A DNA stretch of 63,984 bases, filler included, from Octopus bimaculoides (Eukaryota), in NCBI RefSeq assembly GCF_001194135.2. It is 4 parts of 4 records of this genome, joined end to end, with 100 filler letters (N's around TTAATTAATTAA, not from the genome) between each part and the next. Parts side by side here need not be neighbours in the genome. Positions count along the whole stretch, not along the records: positions 51,002 to 62,310 come from NC_068981.1; positions 62,411 to 63,984 come from NC_069000.1; 2 more parts are not named here. One strand, 5' to 3'. Made by a program: the position numbers and the translations under genes. Positions within the stretch are counted from its first letter, which is position 1, and every line of letters begins with the position of its first letter. The notes beneath the pieces are model-generated. The model saw only the letters and a program-made list of their open reading frames with translations. It searched no databases and was not told the origin of the DNA. Of the stretch, positions 60,101 through 63,984 are shown one piece after another.

Positions 60101-60609
60101 ACATTCCAGCATGTATATTTATTCAAATGTATTGGATCAATCAATACACATGTATTAGTGGTACAGAGTATCAAGTAGAAAAAGTTGGTAGCTGCATAAA
60201 CAAGGGTGTGGAAGCATATAAGCATATAGAAGCAAGTGAGAAAATGGGCAAATGAGCAAATGAGCAGATTGTCACTAAAACTGAATGGGTATGTAGGTGC
60301 TAGTTCCTTTCGGCCGTTTCTGCCAATAGCCAACGATCGAGAGAGTAAAGAGATGGCGATAACCTGGAAGATTTCGTTGCCTCTGGGCAGAAACGGACGT
60401 AAGGAAGTAGCTCCCGCATACCCATTCGGTTTTAGTGACAATCTGCTCATTTTCTCATTTGTCCATTTGGTCACTTGTTTCAATATGCTTATATGCTTCC
60501 AAACCTTTGTTTATGCAATTACCAGCTTTTACTACTTGATATTCTATACCACTAATACATGTGTGTAGATTCATCCAATACATTTGAATAAATAGACATA
60601 TTGGAATGT
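60101..60609. repeat. Long foldback (inverted repeat): ~225-bp arms, ~55-nt spacer
   Basis: Hand alignment of 60101-60324 against the reverse complement of 60377-60609 is gapless with 27 mismatches in 224 nt (about 88%). Confidence 0.95.
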
Positions 60610-60663
60610 TTACCAGCTGGTGTCTGTCGATTTTATATCCTCCCCACTTTCATATTTGATATA

Positions 60664-62109
60664 AGGCAAAGAAGAAAATGGAGAAGACAAGTAGTTGACA
60701 AACATCAACTAGATCTGTTTATTAATTACAATCATATGAATAAATAAATAAATAAAAATAAAAGAGTGAATATAACTCTACTCTTACAGCTGTTTCTACT
60801 TTGGGGGTCCAACTTGCGAAAGTTGGCACATTATACCAAGATTATGCAAAAATTGTACAAAAACTGAACAAAAATTGGACAAAAATTCATCAGAGTGCCC
60901 ATATGATTTTATTTCCTCTGACTTCAATGAGACTACTTAATATCGTAAAGAGCAACATAATATGTATAGACTTAGCATCTAATTTGTAATATAAATTTCG
61001 TTTCAATAATTTTACTGATTGTCAAATATATATGTTATATTATTATATGTTATATGTTATATGTTGTATATTATATCTCATAACCAGATATATATTTTAA
61101 AAGCTTATTTATGTTAATATTTAAATGTTGAAATATATGGAGAGTGATTGTTATAAGCTAATAGCTCTTCGTATACTTTAATGTTTAAATGTTTTGCATG
61201 TTTAAATGTTTTAATGCCTAAATGTTTACCTCCCTATTTCATAAAAATGAAATTTTTTTCATTTAGATAATTATTTTTTCAATTAGAAATTTAACTTAGA
61301 TGTATTCATAACAGAACGACAGATTCCTCACAGTCCATATTTATTTATTACTCCTCTTAGTATTTAAAGCTACTGAGACAATTTTTTCCTTGAATATTTT
61401 CTTAAATTTGTTTTGTATTGTACTGATAGCTTTAACGAACACAAACCACGCCATTGTTTTTAAATATTAGCTGACCAATTAAGTTGTAGGATTGACATTA
61501 GCCTTACCCTACTCATCATAGGGATATTATGATGAAAATTTCTGTTATTAAATAATAACATCACACTTAATTTATACTTATCGATTTCCCCAACTATGTT
61601 TGAAATAACTAAATTTTATTGCTATTCTATTGAATAGATTTTACTTTCTAACTAACGACCCCAGTTATATGGGTCATCCCATTAACCCCCCCCCTATAAC
61701 GTTTTATCTTTACTATATCCACTATTAGATTGGAATAAGTTGTGATCTCACAACCACTGGATTTCATCTTGGAATTTACTTTTATGCTATTGTTTACTAT
61801 TTTTTAATTATTTTATTTTACTTATTTACTTGTTTAATTCTCACCATTATGGACTCTAAAGCTTTGGGGTTAAATTTTCGTCCAATTTTTGTTCAAATTT
61901 TATACAATCTTTCTATAAACTTGGTATGATGTATCAATTTTGGCTTGCTGGACCCCCAAAGTAGAAACAGCTGTAAGAGTAGAGTTATATTCACTCATTT
62001 ATTTTATCTATTTATTTATTCATATGATTGTAATTAATAAATAGATCTAGCTGATGTTTGTAAGCTGATGTTTGTCAACTAATTATCTTCTCCATTTTCT
62101 TCTTTGCCT
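60664..62109. mobile_element. Non-autonomous DNA transposon-like element with ~230-bp TIRs and a TA/TATA target site
   Basis: TATA|AGGCAAAGAAGAAAATGGAGAAGA...TCTTCTCCATTTTCTTCTTTGCCT|TATA. Arms are 60664-60888 and about 61872-62109, including an identical 48-nt block; the ~1-kb interior is AT-rich with no ORF of note. Confidence 0.8.
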
Positions 62110-62262
62110 TATAAATTCTGGTTAAACTTTTCCTTACCTCCACTCATACCTATTATTCAATTGTATTATTGCCTTGTAAAAGTAAGCATTTGGATATATA
62201 TAGCTATAAATCCAGTAGTATACTGGATATTTATTATCCCTTAGATGGTTGTCTAAGCTCTA

Positions 62263-62310
<48 letters not shown>

Positions 62311-62410
62311 NNNNNNNNNNNNNNNNNNNNNNNNNNNNNNNNNNNNNNNNNNNNTTAATTAATTAANNNNNNNNNNNNNNNNNNNNNNNNNNNNNNNNNN
62401 NNNNNNNNNN
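62311..62410. other. Artificial scaffold linker N44-TTAATTAATTAA-N44
   Basis: Same 100-nt structure as 30362-30461. Confidence 0.95.
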
Positions 62411-62451
62411 ATATATATATATATATATACATACATACATATCTTTATATA

Positions 62452-63719
62452 CAGGGGTTGGACAAAATAATGGAAACACCTACCATCATAGCATGATAAT
62501 TTTGAAATATCTATAAAACCATCAAAAGCTTGTTTATTTTTATGTTTTTTTTTATTTATTATAAGTGTTGCTCAATGTGTTTTTCTAAAATTGCTGCTTC
62601 TTTTCAGATATCAGAAATAGATAATTAAAATTCATTAAAATTATAGATCTATCGGACTTTCAAAGAGGTCAAATTGTTGGTGCTCGTATGGCAGGCGCTA
62701 GCGTAACGAGAACAGTCGAAATGTTTGGTGTATCAAGAAGTACTGCCCCGAAAGTAATGACAGCCTTTGAGTAGAGAGAAAAACCTCCTCGTCGGAACAA
62801 AACTCCGGAAGGAAACCAAAACTTTCAAACAGGGATTGTCGGACTCTTACATGAATTGTTACAAAAGATCACAAAAGTACAGCTCCCAAAATTACTGCAG
62901 AGCTAAATGACCACCTCGATAACCCAGTTTTCACAAAAATTATTCGTCGGGAGCTGCACAAAGCCGGATTTCATGGGAGGGCTGCAATCGGAAAACGACT
63001 ACTTTCAAAAACAAACCTTGCAAAGCGTTGAAAGTAGAGTTAAAACCTACAGAATTGGTCCCTAAAGCAATGGAAGAATGTCATTTTCTCGGACGAGTCA
63101 TCCTTTATCTTATTCCCGATCACCAGCCGAGTACACGTATGGAGACAGCCAAAAGAATCATTTGGCCCAGGCTGCCTTCTTCCAACTGTTAAACAAGGAG
63201 GAGGATCTGTGATGATCTGGGTGGGGGGCTATATCTTGGAAATCCGCCGACCCAATGGTTTCCCTTCAAGGCAGAATTAATAGTCAAGACTATTTAAGCA
63301 TTTTATCTGATCAAATTCATCCTATGGTTGTGGAACTGTTTCCGGAGAGAAACGCAATCTTCCAGGATGATAATGCATCAATTCACAGAGCTAAAGTTGT
63401 TACCGAATGGCACGAGGAATATTCTAGTGAAGCTGAACATCTTATCTGGGCACCACAGTCCCCAGATCTCAATATTAATGAACATTTATGATGCATGTTA
63501 GAAAAACAAGTAAGGAGTCGATATCCTCCTCCATCATCACTACAAGAGATGTTTTTGCTGAAGAACGGACAAAAATTCCTATGGAAACAATTCAAACTTT
63601 GTTCGTGCCCGAACCTCATAAAATTCAAGTTGTAATTACTGCCAAAGGCGGTCCTACCCCATATTAAAATTAATTTGTTTGAAATTTTAAGGTGTTTCCC
63701 TAATTTTTTCCAACCCCTG
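62452..63719 (+). mobile_element. Full-length Tc1-family DNA transposon (1268 bp), DD36E type
   Basis: TA|CAGGGGTTGGACAAAATAATGGAAACACCT...AGGTGTTTCCCTAATTTTTTCCAACCCCTG|TG (~30-bp TIRs, right TSD mutated), enclosing a decayed transposase. Confidence 0.95.
62640..63667 (+). pseudogene. Tc1 transposase pseudogene (multiple stops and frameshifts)
   Basis: DLSDFQRGQIVGARMAGASV...GRKPKLS...WKNVIFSDES...VKQGGGSVMIW...FQDDNASIHRAK...WAPQSPDLNINEHL...AKGGPTPY*. Confidence 0.92.
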
Positions 63720-63734
63720 TGTATGTATATACCC

Positions 63735-63880
63735 GATAGGTTTCCATACACTCACTTACGTCTACCAAATACACTTACAATACATTAGTTGGTTATAGTA
63801 GAAAATAATTTCCCAAGGTACCACACAGGGGGACTGAAGCTAAAGCCACGCGGTTGCAAAACGGACTTCTTGAACCAAAC
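63735..63880 (-). mobile_element. SINE family B head/core, degenerate
   Basis: cgtctaccaaatacacttacaa...ggttatagtagaaaataatttcccaaggtaccacacagggggactgaagc. Confidence 0.6.
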
Positions 63881-63886
63881 AGTTAT

Positions 63887-63928
<42 letters not shown>

Positions 63929-63984
63929 GTATATGTATATGTGTATGTATATGTATGTATATATGTGTATATGTATATATATAT

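Noticed and set aside
61020-61860. Possible mitochondrial insertion (NUMT) inside the long-TIR element
   Set aside because: Very AT-rich, but translation with the invertebrate mitochondrial code gave no convincing match to any mitochondrial protein I know; BLAST against the mitogenome would settle it.
1-63984. The long ORFs in the supplied track (e.g. 9680-10889, 33763-35003, 48546-50010, 53502-54766, 7179-7811, 30414-31208)
   Set aside because: They are N-runs translated as X, or (TA)n/(TG)n/(CA)n/(CAC)n/(CTTT)n tracts giving YIYI, CVCV, HTHT, poly-V or F/L/S-rich peptides; none has protein-like composition.

Overview
AT-rich, microsatellite-saturated, gap-riddled eukaryotic genomic DNA with no prokaryotic features. 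The SINE families, RTE/R4 fragments and (TA)n/(CA)n/(ATT)n/(CAC)n tracts resemble my recollection of octopus (Octopus sp.) genomes; this is an inference, not a database match. Three identical 100-nt artificial linkers (N44-TTAATTAATTAA-N44) split the window into four scaffolded blocks. I could not confidently identify any host protein-coding gene. Almost all ORFs in the supplied track are microsatellite or N-run artefacts, and I found only a few isolated candidate exons with good splice sites. The supportable content is mobile DNA: two RTE-clade LINE fragments, an R4/Dong-type restriction-like-endonuclease fragment sitting in (TAA)n, more than 40 SINE or SINE-like copies from several modular families (two with 16-18 bp TSDs), piggyBac, mariner, hAT and HINE-like non-autonomous elements, and a full-length but decayed Tc1 element with a DD36E catalytic spacing. 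The most unusual structures are a gapless ~510-bp foldback (60101-60609) next to a 1.45-kb element with ~230-bp TIRs, a possible (AAT)n-targeted autonomous/non-autonomous retroposon pair, two hammerhead-like motifs, and a SINE-derived ~80-bp minisatellite. All coordinates and counts were derived by hand; repeat boundaries are approximate.
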